64,000 nt of DNA from IMG/VR virus record IMGVR_UViG_3300003702_000496, positions 19,253-83,252 of that record; one strand, written 5' to 3'. Below the pieces are notes generated by a model. It saw only the letters and a program-made list of their open reading frames with translations, searched no databases and was not told where the DNA came from. Source of the stretch: a virus. Position numbers and translations under genes: made by a program. This document shows, in pieces, positions 45,699-56,184 of this stretch. Numbering within the stretch: position 1 is the stretch's first letter; every line of letters begins with the position of its first letter.

Positions 45699-45989
45699 AT
45701 GTCTGATAACGATAAAGTAACAATAGTAGAAGTAGACAGAAGTACAGTTAATCCTGTAGAACAAAGTTGGTATAATAAGGTATCAGCTTCAACTGTCGAT
45801 AAGTGGCGTATTATTCCAAGACTACTTATGGTGTTATATGGCATGGCTTTTTATAAATGTATGGAATGGTTTATGAATTTACCAGACCCATCGATGGCTC
45901 AGGCAGGGTTTGTTTCTACTGTCGTGGGTGCTGGTGCTGCGTGGTTTGGTTTATATGTTGGTTCAGGCAACAAAAATAAGAAAGATTAA
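45699..45989 (+). CDS. Small two-TM membrane protein (holin-like)
   Basis: D.WRI.PR.L...Y...WFM.L.DP...QAGFVS.VVGA...WFGLY. Confidence 0.55.
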   Translation: MSDNDKVTIVEVDRSTVNPVEQSWYNKVSASTVDKWRIIPRLLMVLYGMAFYKCMEWFMNLPDPSMAQAGFVSTVVGAGAAWFGLYVGSGNKNKKD

Positions 45990-45992
45990 AAA

Positions 45993-48900
45993 ATGGCATC
46001 CTTAGAAGAAACCACAGAAAAGTTAGCAAAAGCCGCAGCTAAGAAAGAAGCGGCCGCAACTAAGAAAGAAGCTGCCGCAACTAAGAAAGAAGCTGCCGCA
46101 ACTAAGAAAGAAGCGGCCGCAACTAAGAAAGACCGCCTCGCCGACGACGTTGAAGGCGAACGCCGTGTCGAACAGGGTGCCGAAACCATTGAGCAACTCC
46201 GTGGTATTAACGAACAGACCGCTGAAAAAATAACTCAAGATTCTGACGCGACTGGGGCGGCCGCGGCTGAAGAAAAAAGAGAAGCGGGACAGTCAGATCA
46301 GGAGCGGAATAGTTATTTAAAACAAATTGCAGGCGCAATGGGTGGCGGCGCTCCTGGCGATGGCGGGGGCGCAGAAGCAAAGAAAAAGAAAGGTTTGTTT
46401 GCTGGAATAGCGGGCGCTATAGGAGGACTTGGTGGCCCTGTTGGTGCTGGTATCGGCGCATTTATGAAAGGTATAGGTAAGCTCGGCGGATCAGCCGTTG
46501 GATTTGTAAAGGCCATGACATTTCTTGCTGCTGGAATTGCCGCGTTTGCCGTGATCATCGGCGGCGCAACTTGGATTATTTCAAAAATGATGCCATCCAT
46601 CGCAGCAGGCCTAAAAGAATTTGATGGTGTAGATGGTAAAAACTTAATACAAGTTGGCCTGGGTATTGGCGCCCTTGGGGTTGGATTTGCTGCAATGGGT
46701 GGCGGCACTGCTCTTCTAGGTATAGGTGGTTTAATTGGTGGTATTGCAGACGGGATAGGAGGCCTATTTGGAATACAATCTGGCAAACAGCGACTTATTG
46801 ATGATTTAATAGCGTTTGGTGAGGTAGAACTTAATCTTAAAAATATAAAGAATAACTCTAAAGCTATGGCAGCTTATGGTGTAGCAATGACTGCCGGTGC
46901 TGCCGGTGATGCGTTGAACGCTATAGGTGGTCTTGTATCAGCAGTTTTTACTGGTCTTACAGACCTTATAGGTGGTGTACCACTATTAGATAAACTTATG
47001 GCTTTCGGTGAAGTAAAAGTTAATAAAGGAAATGTAATCAATAATGCTGAAGCGATGGAACACTATATGATCGCTATGGTACGCGGCGCTGGTGCTCAGG
47101 CGGCAATGGCGGCCGGGTCCGTACTTAATTTTGTCACCACCGCTGTTGATGGTCTTACAAAACTTATAGGTGGACAAGGTTTTCTAGATTCGACATTAAC
47201 CGGACTGAAAAAAATGTCCGAGGCATCTGGTAGTATTAATAAAGATAACGTAGAAAATGTTGCCGAGGCGATGAGTTCATACACAAAAGCAATGGTATTA
47301 GGTGCTGCGGCAGCTGGTGGTAGGGCATTAGGTGGCGTATTTAATTTTGTAGGAGCAGCAGTAGATGGTCTTACAAGACTTATAGGTGGGGAAGGTGTTT
47401 TAGATACTCAATTAGCAGGTTTGAGGAAAATGTCCGAGGCATCTGGTAATATTAATGCAGAGAATGTAGCGAATGTAGCTACCGCAATGGGAAGTTATGC
47501 TAAAGCCATGGCATTAGGTTCTGTTGGTGAAGGTGGAAAAGCTATCGGTGCCATTGCTAATTTTGTCGGAACCGCTGTTGATGGTCTTACAAGTTTTATA
47601 TTTGGTGGCGAAAAGAAATCTTCTATAGATGTTATGTTAGAGGGTCTAAGAAAATTATCAGACACAAAAGGTATTGATGCTGCCAACGTAGAAAATAACG
47701 CAACGGCAATGGCAAGTTATGCTAAAGCTATGGCATTAGGCGCTGGTGCTGAAGGTGCAAGTGCCCTAGGAAAGGTAGCTGGTTTTGTTGGTGGTATAGT
47801 TAGCAGTATTAGTTCATTCTTTGGTATTGAACAGAAAGACCCAATTACGGAGTTAAAGAGATTTGCTGCAATAGAAATTACAGCAGAAGAAGTAACTCAG
47901 ATAGAAATAAATACTAAAGCGATGGAATCTTACGCAAACGCAATGCTTGCCGTCGGCAAGGTTGAGGGTATTTCAGCTTGGGGTGAATTTGATAAGTTAT
48001 TTGGTGGTCTTGTAAAGAATATTAGTGGTTGGTTAGGTATTGATACTGAACCTGGCCCAATGGAAAAATTACAGGCCTTTGCTGCAATTATTATCACACC
48101 AAAAGAAGTAGATCAAATAAATGCAAATGCTTCAGCTCTAGAAGCTTACGCAAGCGCAATGCAGACGGCGGACTTAGGTAAGGAGACAGTGTGGAGCGCG
48201 CTTGGTGATTTAGCTACTGGCCTTATAGGTAGTATTGGTGGTTGGTTAGGTGCCACACCAAAAGAAAATCCAATAACTAAATTAAAGGAATTTGCTGCAA
48301 TCAGTGTCACAGAAGCAGAAGTAACTCAAATAAATTATAATGCTACAGCTCTAGAAGCTTACTCAAAAGCAATGACATCGATGAGTAAAGTTGAAGATAA
48401 CATGTGGGATGCTCTTGGTGATTTAGCTACTGGCATTGTAGATAATATTGGTGGTTGGTTAGGTGTTACAGAAAAGCCTGGTCCATTAACTAAATTAAAG
48501 GAATTTGCTGCAATCAAGGTTACAGCAGCAGAAGTAACTCAGATACAATCAAATGCATCAGCTCTAGAAGTTTACGCGGCAGCAATGAAGACGGCGAAAG
48601 CAGCTGCTCCGGGAAAAGACCTATGGGATTCTCTTGGGGGTTTAATTACTGGCGTTGTAGATAATATTGGTAAGTGGTTAGGTGTCACACCAAAAGAAGG
48701 TCCATTAACTAAATTAAAGGAATTTGCTGCAATCGAAGTTACAGCAGAAGAAGTACTTCAGATAAATGTAAATGCTGCAGCTCTAAAAGCTTACACAACA
48801 GCAATGACGTTAGCGGAAACAAATGCTCCGAAAAAAGACCTATGGGATTCTCTTGGGGGTTTGATTACTGGCGTTGTAGATAATATTGGTAAGTGGTTAG

Positions 48901-49829
48901 GTGTAACAGAAGCGCCTGGCCCAATGGACAAATTAAAGGAATTTGCTGCAAAAATTGTCACACCGCAAGAACTAGCACAAATAAGAATAAATGCAAACGC
49001 ATTATCTATTTACACGGCAGCAATGAAGGGCGCAGCTGAGGGTGGGCCCACCAAATCAGTATGGGATTCGATTGGTGGTTTGGTTTCTGGCATTATAGGA
49101 AGTGTTGGAGACTTGATTGGGCTCGGCGATGATAGTCCAATGACGAAATTAAAGGAATTTGCTTCTACAGGTCTGACTGATGCAGAATTGGATCAAATAT
49201 CGAGAAATTCAAATGCTTTTAAAATTTATTCACAAGCGATGTCCGTCATTGGTGAAGCTGGTGAAGCTTTTGAAGATAGTGACGTACCAGATTTAACAAA
49301 ATTTGCTAAACAACTGGAGGCCTCTTTTCCTTCTCTTAATAAGGCTATGAAACAGTTTGGTGATAAATCCCTGTTTGACAAATATGAACAATCAGGGAAA
49401 AATCTTAAAGCTATTTTTAGTGCGTTCAAAGATATAGAAGGTATGGGAAGTGAAGACTTTATGGGATCGAGTAATATTAAAGATTTTGCCAACGATTTAG
49501 TAAAATCCCTTCCCAAACTAGAGATAGCAATTGAAGGTAAGGACGATCAAAAAGGCCTTGCTGACCCAACTATAAGATGGAAAGAAGCAGCAGAAAATAT
49601 AAGTCTTTTATTGAATTCTATAGGTGGCGTCAGGACTATTGGAGATCAAATTACGTCAACGGCAGTAAACAAAGCTGCTCAAGCTGCAGCGAACCAAGGC
49701 GAAGCGCCCGGGAACACCGCAATCGACGCTCGCGCAATGTCAACGTCGAGCTCGACTAGTTTTACATTTACTGATACATCGCTGGTGAACTCGGGCATGC
49801 CCGGGCATCTGAGTAGCAACCAAAATTAA
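45993..49829 (+). CDS. Tape-measure-like / gp29-position tail protein
   Basis: 1278 aa, Ala/Gly-rich helical, ~70-aa repeats; follows gp26/gp51. Confidence 0.65.
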   Translation: MASLEETTEKLAKAAAKKEAAATKKEAAATKKEAAATKKEAAATKKDRLADDVEGERRVEQGAETIEQLRGINEQTAEKITQDSDATGAAAAEEKREAGQSDQERNSYLKQIAGAMGGGAPGDGGGAEAKKKKGLFAGIAGAIGGLGGPVGAGIGAFMKGIGKLGGSAVGFVKAMTFLAAGIAAFAVIIGGATWIISKMMPSIAAGLKEFDGVDGKNLIQVGLGIGALGVGFAAMGGGTALLGIGGLIGGIADGIGGLFGIQSGKQRLIDDLIAFGEVELNLKNIKNNSKAMAAYGVAMTAGAAGDALNAIGGLVSAVFTGLTDLIGGVPLLDKLMAFGEVKVNKGNVINNAEAMEHYMIAMVRGAGAQAAMAAGSVLNFVTTAVDGLTKLIGGQGFLDSTLTGLKKMSEASGSINKDNVENVAEAMSSYTKAMVLGAAAAGGRALGGVFNFVGAAVDGLTRLIGGEGVLDTQLAGLRKMSEASGNINAENVANVATAMGSYAKAMALGSVGEGGKAIGAIANFVGTAVDGLTSFIFGGEKKSSIDVMLEGLRKLSDTKGIDAANVENNATAMASYAKAMALGAGAEGASALGKVAGFVGGIVSSISSFFGIEQKDPITELKRFAAIEITAEEVTQIEINTKAMESYANAMLAVGKVEGISAWGEFDKLFGGLVKNISGWLGIDTEPGPMEKLQAFAAIIITPKEVDQINANASALEAYASAMQTADLGKETVWSALGDLATGLIGSIGGWLGATPKENPITKLKEFAAISVTEAEVTQINYNATALEAYSKAMTSMSKVEDNMWDALGDLATGIVDNIGGWLGVTEKPGPLTKLKEFAAIKVTAAEVTQIQSNASALEVYAAAMKTAKAAAPGKDLWDSLGGLITGVVDNIGKWLGVTPKEGPLTKLKEFAAIEVTAEEVLQINVNAAALKAYTTAMTLAETNAPKKDLWDSLGGLITGVVDNIGKWLGVTEAPGPMDKLKEFAAKIVTPQELAQIRINANALSIYTAAMKGAAEGGPTKSVWDSIGGLVSGIIGSVGDLIGLGDDSPMTKLKEFASTGLTDAELDQISRNSNAFKIYSQAMSVIGEAGEAFEDSDVPDLTKFAKQLEASFPSLNKAMKQFGDKSLFDKYEQSGKNLKAIFSAFKDIEGMGSEDFMGSSNIKDFANDLVKSLPKLEIAIEGKDDQKGLADPTIRWKEAAENISLLLNSIGGVRTIGDQITSTAVNKAAQAAANQGEAPGNTAIDARAMSTSSSTSFTFTDTSLVNSGMPGHLSSNQN
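46041..46132 (+). repeat. 21-bp tandem repeat x4.4 (KKEAAAT)
   Basis: AAGAAAGAAGC(G/T)GCCGCAACT units. Confidence 0.95.
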
Positions 49830-49834
49830 ATAAT

Positions 49835-49864
49835 AAACCCTCTCCAATTTCTCAGAGAGGGTTT
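49835..49864. terminator. Hairpin between convergent genes (bidirectional terminator)
   Basis: AAACCCTCTC/GAGAGGGTTT. Confidence 0.7.
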
Positions 49865-49882
49865 ACATGGACTAATTATTAA

Positions 49883-50827
49883 TTAGTCATCATTAGCAAG
49901 TTTTTGGAAGTAATCCATTGTATCTTCATCCTCATCAGAAGAAGATTGAGCATTACCAGCAGTAACAGTAATAGAAGGATTACCAGCAGTAACACTAATA
50001 GTAGGAGCAGGCTCCTCTTTAGTATCTACAAAAGTAGCTGTTGCAACAGGTTCATCTTCCATAAAAGTTACTGCACTTCCTACTGTAGTTGTTCCAGCAA
50101 GAACCATGCTAAGACGAGTCTTTAATTCATCATATGACTTAAAATTTGTCGGCGCATTAAACTCTTTTAGAGAATATTGTTTCTTCCAAACCTTTTCAAT
50201 AAGCTCATCTTCATCAAACAGGGCAGATGGGCCCTCAAACTCTGACTTATCATAATTCCAGTAACCATCTACTTTACGAATCTTCAATTTGAAGTTCGCA
50301 CCCGCCCAAAAATCAAAAGGATTAACAGCAACCTCATCATCAAATGCAGGCTGCATTGCTTCCATAATCTTATCAAAGATTTTCTTACCATACCGAAAGA
50401 GAAAAACTTTACCTTCCTTCTCAGGATGTTTGGAATCACTCACGACGTAAATATTAGAATAATACTGCAACTTACGTTTTTGACGACGAGCAATTTCTTT
50501 ATCAGATTCTAAACCAGAATTCCAATAAGAAGTATTCATTTCTGATACAGGGTCTTTTTGACCGATAGTGGTAAGAGAGTTCTCAATATACCACTGACCA
50601 GTAGGCCCTTGAAACGCATGATTCCAAAGCTTTGCCCAGGGCATATCTTCACCATCAACTGCTGGCAAAAAACGAATGACTGCATATCCATTGCCCGTCT
50701 TATCGAGCTCTGGTTTCCACAGACGTTCATCCACATAAGACTTTTTCTCTTGGGATTGATTTTCGGACTCTACTACACCAAGTAGTTTATCCAAAGAATT
50801 TTGTTTCTTTAATTGTGCTAACGACAT
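49883..50827 (-). CDS. gp32: Single-stranded DNA-binding protein gp32
   Basis: D.R.WKP..DK.GNGYAVIRFLP, HAFQGP.G.WYIENSLTT, GANFKLK, NYDKSEF, acidic tail. Confidence 0.96.
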   Translation of the reverse strand: MSLAQLKKQNSLDKLLGVVESENQSQEKKSYVDERLWKPELDKTGNGYAVIRFLPAVDGEDMPWAKLWNHAFQGPTGQWYIENSLTTIGQKDPVSEMNTSYWNSGLESDKEIARRQKRKLQYYSNIYVVSDSKHPEKEGKVFLFRYGKKIFDKIMEAMQPAFDDEVAVNPFDFWAGANFKLKIRKVDGYWNYDKSEFEGPSALFDEDELIEKVWKKQYSLKEFNAPTNFKSYDELKTRLSMVLAGTTTVGSAVTFMEDEPVATATFVDTKEEPAPTISVTAGNPSITVTAGNAQSSSDEDEDTMDYFQKLANDD

Positions 50828-50873
50828 TATATTTCTCCTTGTGTTAATGTATATTATCGTATGTTATAGTGTC

Positions 50874-50902
50874 AGTATATACAGATTTATACAATTTGTC
50901 AA
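50874..50902 (-). promoter_or_regulatory. sigma70-like promoter for gp32
   Basis: TTGACA-17-TATACT. Confidence 0.75.
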
Positions 50903-51528
50903 GTACCTTCTTGAACAAATTGTATTCTATATAGGTTCTTGTCCGCCTGACGAAAATTGACAAGACCATTCCATGAAAGACCAATCCGTTTTTCCTCAAG
51001 TTGATTTGGCGTATGCCCATGATATAATTGAGATTGAAAAACTAACATAGAATCTTGTGTGCAGGGAAAAGACAACTTTGAAGAAGTGTTTGGGTTTCCC
51101 TGCTGATAATGTTCAGTGAGTGAGATAAACGGTTCCATCTCATGTTTAACTTTATAAAAAGTAAGAGGTGGATGTTTTTCCTCTGATTTTAAATAATATG
51201 TTCCACTGATAATTGAATTAGAATGATTGTGAACTTTTTGTTCACCGCCCTTACCGTTGATATTAATCCAACTTTCTGAAAAGAAAAATTCTTCATAATC
51301 CATACAAAGTTCATTGTCAAGATACTCTTTAGCTTGAATTTCAATCCAGTTTTTTAAATCTTTTAATGATGGGTCAAGCAATATATTATTGAATTTTTCT
51401 GTTCTAAGTTTTGTTGAACCTTTGTATTGTTCATATACAAATTTTGATAAATCCATAGTTTCATAAAATGATGTTGAACTTACATATTGTTTTACGATTC
51501 CAGCAGGAAAAATTGGTACACCGCTCAT
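50899..51528 (-). CDS. 2OG-Fe(II) oxygenase-like protein
   Basis: SW.N...Q..HNHSNSIISG.YY...F.S.LYH...RIGLSWN. Confidence 0.85.
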   Translation of the reverse strand: MSGVPIFPAGIVKQYVSSTSFYETMDLSKFVYEQYKGSTKLRTEKFNNILLDPSLKDLKNWIEIQAKEYLDNELCMDYEEFFFSESWININGKGGEQKVHNHSNSIISGTYYLKSEEKHPPLTFYKVKHEMEPFISLTEHYQQGNPNTSSKLSFPCTQDSMLVFQSQLYHGHTPNQLEEKRIGLSWNGLVNFRQADKNLYRIQFVQEGT

Positions 51529-52349
51529 ACTATTTCCAATTCCTTACACAATTCACTTTTTGTTATATGCGTCACACTATCTTCTTCAAACTCTAGAGTA
51601 GAATCAACCAGATAATATTGAGTATCGCCATCTTCAACTCTAAACATCGTTCTCATTTGATTATACCAATTGTCAGGACTAAACCCTTTTGTGTCTGTTG
51701 GCAGATAATTTTTAGTACCTTTATATATGTTATTTAATGGAGCATCGTATGAACTAAGATCAAATCCTAATACATATACATCTTGTGTATTCTGACTTGC
51801 AAGATATAACGCTGTATTTCCTGCTGACCAGCCGGCCGGATAATCAATAGGAATTACATTATCCTCTTCACACACATATGTAATCCAGATTCCGACATCC
51901 TTTTCCATTTTTAATTTCAAATCTTTCATATCAAGATGCGGATTCATCTGAAGAGCAATATCAATTTTTTCTTGAAGTGTTGTAGGGTCTTTACCTGATA
52001 TTACACACTGATTCGTAACTCTCTTACTTTTGTGAATAAATTCTTCTGGAATATTATATCCCATTAACATCATATCTGCAGCTTCAGAAGGAACAACAGA
52101 CCAATTTGCAAAATGACAATTATTAACATCTGCAAACTCTGGATTATATAAACAATAATCAGAGTCATATATTTCTTGTTGCATACCATAATCTACAGCA
52201 ACTAAATTATGAACATAACCATCATCACGATAGATTGCATTACATCCCCAAGTCATAACATCATTTGCCATAATTTGATTTGGTTTAAACCATGTTCTGG
52301 ATTCACCATTGCCAATAACAAGAGCTCTCATGTTCTCAAAGCTTTCCAA
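51525..52349 (-). CDS. Conserved phage protein (GNGESR motif, transferase-like Rossmann fold)
   Basis: IGNGESR, GCNAIYRD, LVAVD, GWSAG, LGFDL, NIYKGT.NY. Confidence 0.6.
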   Translation of the reverse strand: MESFENMRALVIGNGESRTWFKPNQIMANDVMTWGCNAIYRDDGYVHNLVAVDYGMQQEIYDSDYCLYNPEFADVNNCHFANWSVVPSEAADMMLMGYNIPEEFIHKSKRVTNQCVISGKDPTTLQEKIDIALQMNPHLDMKDLKLKMEKDVGIWITYVCEEDNVIPIDYPAGWSAGNTALYLASQNTQDVYVLGFDLSSYDAPLNNIYKGTKNYLPTDTKGFSPDNWYNQMRTMFRVEDGDTQYYLVDSTLEFEEDSVTHITKSELCKELEIV

Positions 52350-52966
52350 CTTACAGGGAATAATTCTTCTGCAAGTTCATCAATTTGATTTGCAATAAAT
52401 TGGGTTTCAAGTTGTGCATCTGGTTTGCATCGCAAATTACATACGCGAGAAAATGCATACAAAGTTCCACTCCAATACCATTCTGTCATCATAGCCTGCG
52501 GTAATACCATACGAGCTTGTTCTGGACAAACACCTCGACGTAGTAAATATTCATATGTCCATTTTGCTCTTCGCAAAGTAGATTGATATTCATCTATCAA
52601 TCTACCGCGAGGATTTATGTTTATGGATTCGTCAGAAGAACCTTGTTTTTTATTCTCAGCAGAACCACGCCATGTATCAGGAATATAAAATTCTGGTTCA
52701 TTGTCAACATACCTACGACTAACTTCGTTCCAAGATAATCCTACCTGATGTTTTACAAGTTGACGAGCAACAAAAACAGGAGCCCGAACATGAAACTGCA
52801 TACTGCAATGAGCAAAAGGACTCCAATGGTCGTGTTTTGCCAAGTACCTGATGAGTTTTTCATCTTGTTCTTCCTTAAATTCTTCGTGTTTAGTTGCAAA
52901 TGAAACTCGAGCTGCATTTACCACCGACAAATCACTTCCCATGTGATCTATCAATTTTACTTTCAT
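52328..52966 (-). CDS. thyX: Flavin-dependent thymidylate synthase
   Basis: VNAARVSF, HWSPF, FVARQL.KH...NEVSRRY, EQARMVLP. Confidence 0.96.
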   Translation of the reverse strand: MKVKLIDHMGSDLSVVNAARVSFATKHEEFKEEQDEKLIRYLAKHDHWSPFAHCSMQFHVRAPVFVARQLVKHQVGLSWNEVSRRYVDNEPEFYIPDTWRGSAENKKQGSSDESININPRGRLIDEYQSTLRRAKWTYEYLLRRGVCPEQARMVLPQAMMTEWYWSGTLYAFSRVCNLRCKPDAQLETQFIANQIDELAEELFPVSWKALRT

Positions 52967-53298
52967 ATTAATCCTATTTCAAGCTGTGCAGTTTCAGACA
53001 TACTTTCTTGTGTCCACGGAGGATCAAAAGTAACATCTACTTCACACCCAACAATACCTTCAACATTTAATACAGCATCTCTTACCCATATGGGCAACTC
53101 TTCAGCGACAGGACACCACGCACTAGTCAGTGTCATAAGAATCTTGCAAGTTTTCCCCGTTGATTTTTTCAAAGGATTCCAAGTTGGAAATGCATCTTCA
53201 AATGATATATCATATATTAATCCCAACTCATAAATGTCCACAGGCATTTCTGGGTCATATACTGTTTTGAGTTGTTCTATAACTTTATTTTTTAACAT
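52963..53298 (-). CDS. sufT: SufT/MIP18 (DUF59) Fe-S assembly protein
   Basis: VYDPE.PVDIYELGLIY, MTLTS..CPVA, FDPPW...MS. Confidence 0.88.
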   Translation of the reverse strand: MLKNKVIEQLKTVYDPEMPVDIYELGLIYDISFEDAFPTWNPLKKSTGKTCKILMTLTSAWCPVAEELPIWVRDAVLNVEGIVGCEVDVTFDPPWTQESMSETAQLEIGLI

Positions 53299-53304
53299 AT
53301 TATT

Positions 53305-53380
53305 TGGTGCCGAAGGGAAGATTCAAACTCCCGACCTGTTGATTACAAATCAACTGTTCTATCAACTGAACTACTTCGGC
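53305..53380 (-). tRNA. tRNA-Thr(UGU)
   Basis: 76-nt cloverleaf, GCCGAAG/CTTCGGC acceptor, GTTGA-TTTGTAA-TCAAC anticodon arm, encoded CCA. Confidence 0.93.
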
Positions 53381-53594
53381 CATTATGTTTATTTATATTA
53401 TATTTTCGATTTTGTGGACGATAACCTTTTGGCCACATTGGTTGCCGAGTTGCGAGTTTTTTAACTCTATCAGTCAATTCTGAATTAGACTTTTCTAACT
53501 CAGCGCAATCATACTCAAGTTCTTTGACTCGAGCTTGTAGTTCTAAATTTTCCATTTTAGAAAATCCTTCTTCTCTTTGTTGTGTATTGTCCAT
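53343..53594 (-). CDS. Small coiled-coil protein
   Basis: AAGGAG RBS after promoter; 3' end runs into the tRNA. Confidence 0.5.
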   Translation of the reverse strand: MDNTQQREEGFSKMENLELQARVKELEYDCAELEKSNSELTDRVKKLATRQPMWPKGYRPQNRKYNINKHNGRSSSVDRTVDL

Positions 53595-53627
53595 TAAATG
53601 GACTCCTTTATCAAGTTCAATAATTGT

Positions 53628-53656
53628 ATTATATACATATTTTTATCAATTGTCAA
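53628..53656 (-). promoter_or_regulatory. Consensus sigma70 promoter
   Basis: TTGACA-17-TATAAT. Confidence 0.8.
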
Positions 53657-54105
53657 GTACCTTCTTCAAATTTACTATTAAATTCATGTGGATAGGGTTT
53701 AGCGCCAGATAGTTTTTTGATGTGGTCAATCATCGCCATCATTCCTACTTGACGGCGAGAGGTAAGACCTACTCCCAATCCCAAATTATGCACTGCCTGA
53801 TGTTTTATCTCTTTTATTTCTTTCTGAGTATGACCACTCATAGCTTCTGTAATAATAGTTACTAACCCCTTGACAATAGCCGCATTACTGTCTCCCGAAT
53901 AATAATAACGATTGTCTTCTTTATTTTGAAGTATCCAAACTTTAGCAAGACATCCAGACATTTCATTTTTTATTATTCTTTCGGATTCGTTAAATTCGGC
54001 CGCGTTTCTACCAATTTCAATTAAATATTGAAATTGTGCCATTTCTCCATCCAGATCAAGTAGAGCTGTTAAATTTTCTGCATAATCATTTAGTGCTATT
54101 ATCAT
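53653..54105 (-). CDS. sufE: SufE sulfur-acceptor protein
   Basis: YLIE.G, GC..KVW, GDSNA.IVKGL, LT..R..G. Confidence 0.88.
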   Translation of the reverse strand: MIIALNDYAENLTALLDLDGEMAQFQYLIEIGRNAAEFNESERIIKNEMSGCLAKVWILQNKEDNRYYYSGDSNAAIVKGLVTIITEAMSGHTQKEIKEIKHQAVHNLGLGVGLTSRRQVGMMAMIDHIKKLSGAKPYPHEFNSKFEEGT

Positions 54106-54255
54106 GTTCCTTAATCCATTTCTCCAACTCTTTAACGGAGAAATATAATCCTGCTGGCCATGTCATTGGCTTCATCTTTCTTACTGTTAAATCTGTTTGC
54201 CACGCATTCATTTTATCGTATAAAAATTGTGATAAACTCTCCTCATAATTATTGT

Positions 54256-54540
54256 TCATCTTTTAGGCACCATGAATGGGTAAATTTTTGAAAATATTTC
54301 TATACGTTCAAGAATTTCCGATATTTCCATATTTTTTAATGTAGAATATCCTCCAGACAGGAATAATTTACCATTATAATAAATTTGTGGAACGGTTTTA
54401 TGTCCTTCGGATTTCATAAAATATAAAGCAGAAGAATCATCATCAATATTGATTTCTTCATACTCTATGTTGTTATCTATAAGATAATTCTTAGCCATGT
54501 TACAATATCCACACCAATGTTTTGTATATATTATTAACAT
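54256..54540 (-). CDS. Glutaredoxin (dithiol, CGYC)
   Basis: CGYC, TVPQI, GGY. Confidence 0.9.
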   Translation of the reverse strand: MLIIYTKHWCGYCNMAKNYLIDNNIEYEEINIDDDSSALYFMKSEGHKTVPQIYYNGKLFLSGGYSTLKNMEISEILERIEIFSKIYPFMVPKR

Positions 54541-54741
54541 TATACTCTACTTTTCTAAAATCTTCTCATGAATTATCATCTTTACTGTTTAAGAAGTTCC
54601 TTTTGCCAAAAATATTGTCCCAACCTTTACGGTAAGCTGATGTACGGATACTAGAAAAATATCCGTAATGTACATCCTTTGAAGAAATCGTCTGTTTTTG
54701 TGATTTCCCCTCGTTGGATTTGTCTGATTTTTTTATTTTCA

Positions 54742-56179
54742 TTATCCTACAGCACCTTCCATTGAAACCTCTAACAATTTATTTGCTTCGACTGCAAATT
54801 CCATTGGTAGTTTTAAGAATACATCCTTACAAAATCCAGTTACAATAAGATTAATAGCATCTCGTTCACTTATACCTCGTTGGTTGCAATAAAATAACTG
54901 ATCTTCGCTTACTTTTGTTGTTGTCGCTTCATGTTCCACAGTCGCTGTATTATTTTTACACTCTATGTAAGGAATAGTATGAGCACCACACTTATCTCCT
55001 AACAACAATGAATCACATTGGGTATAATTTTTTGCATTATTAGCTCCTTTACCAATTTTTATCAATCCTCTATAAGTATTATTACCATGTCCTGCCGACA
55101 CACCTTTGGAAATAACAGTCGATTTAGTTTTCTTTCCTAAATGATACATTTTAGTACCCGTGTCTGCTTGTTGATAATTACCAGTAAATGCTACAGAATA
55201 AAATTCTCCCACGCTTTCATCTCCTTGCAATATACAAGATGGATATTTCCAAGTAATAGCACTTCCTGTTTCAACTTGTGTCCAAGTAATTTTACTTCGA
55301 TATCCCGCACATTTACCTCGTTTAGTGACAAAATTGTAAATACCGCCCTTACCTTCTTTATTGCCAGGATACCAATTTTGAACAGTAGAATATTTTATTT
55401 CAGCATTATCCAAGGCAACTAATTCAACAACAGCAGCGTGAAGTTGATTCTCATCTCTCATGGGAGCAGTACAACCTTCCAAATAAGAGACATACGAACC
55501 TTCATCTGCAATTATTAATGTTCTCTCAAACTGTCCTGTATTTTCACTATTAATTCTGAAATAAGTACTTAATTCCATAGGACATTTTGTATTTTTAGGT
55601 ATGTAAGCAAAACTACCGTCACTAAAAACAGCACTGTTTAAAGCTGCAAAATAATTATCTCTTTGAGGAACTACGCTACCAAGATACTTCTTCACTAATT
55701 CTGGATATTTAGTCACCGCATCGCTAAAGCTGCAAAACAGGATGCCCATTTCTTCTAACTTTGCAGCGAATGTAGTGCCTACGCTGACGCTATCAAATAC
55801 TGCATCTACGGCCACATTCAATAGCTTCTCTCGTTCTCGTAAAGGAACTCCTAATTTTTCAAAATCATCTAAAATTTCTTGTGGTACTTCATCAATATTA
55901 TTGTATTTCTTTTTGGGGCGAGAAAAATAAATAATATCCTGATAGTTTATTTCTGGATATGTTATTTTAGGCCAATGTTTAGGTTCTTCCATAACGAGCC
56001 ATTGTTGATAAGCTTTCAGTCGCCAATCTAACAACCAACTAGGTTCATTCTTTTCTTCACTTATTTTTATGATAACTTCTTCACTTAGACCCGCTTCAAA
56101 TTGTTCTGTTTCAACATCTGTCGTGAAACCATATTTATAGGACTTCTTCTGTTGCCTCTATTGTCTTAATGTTTATCAT
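54742..56179 (-). CDS. sufB: Fe-S cluster scaffold SufB (apparent frameshift near 56145)
   Basis: [51 protein letters not shown]; ATG 56179 is out of frame with the body. Confidence 0.92.
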
Positions 56180-56184
56180 AATTA

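Noticed and set aside
46023-49516. Minus-strand ORFs within the tape-measure-like gene
   Set aside because: Antisense shadows, some produced by the 21-bp repeat
49950-50006. 27-nt duplication in the gp32 tail (PTISVTAGN/PSITVTAGN)
   Set aside because: Lies in the variable disordered linker; likely neutral
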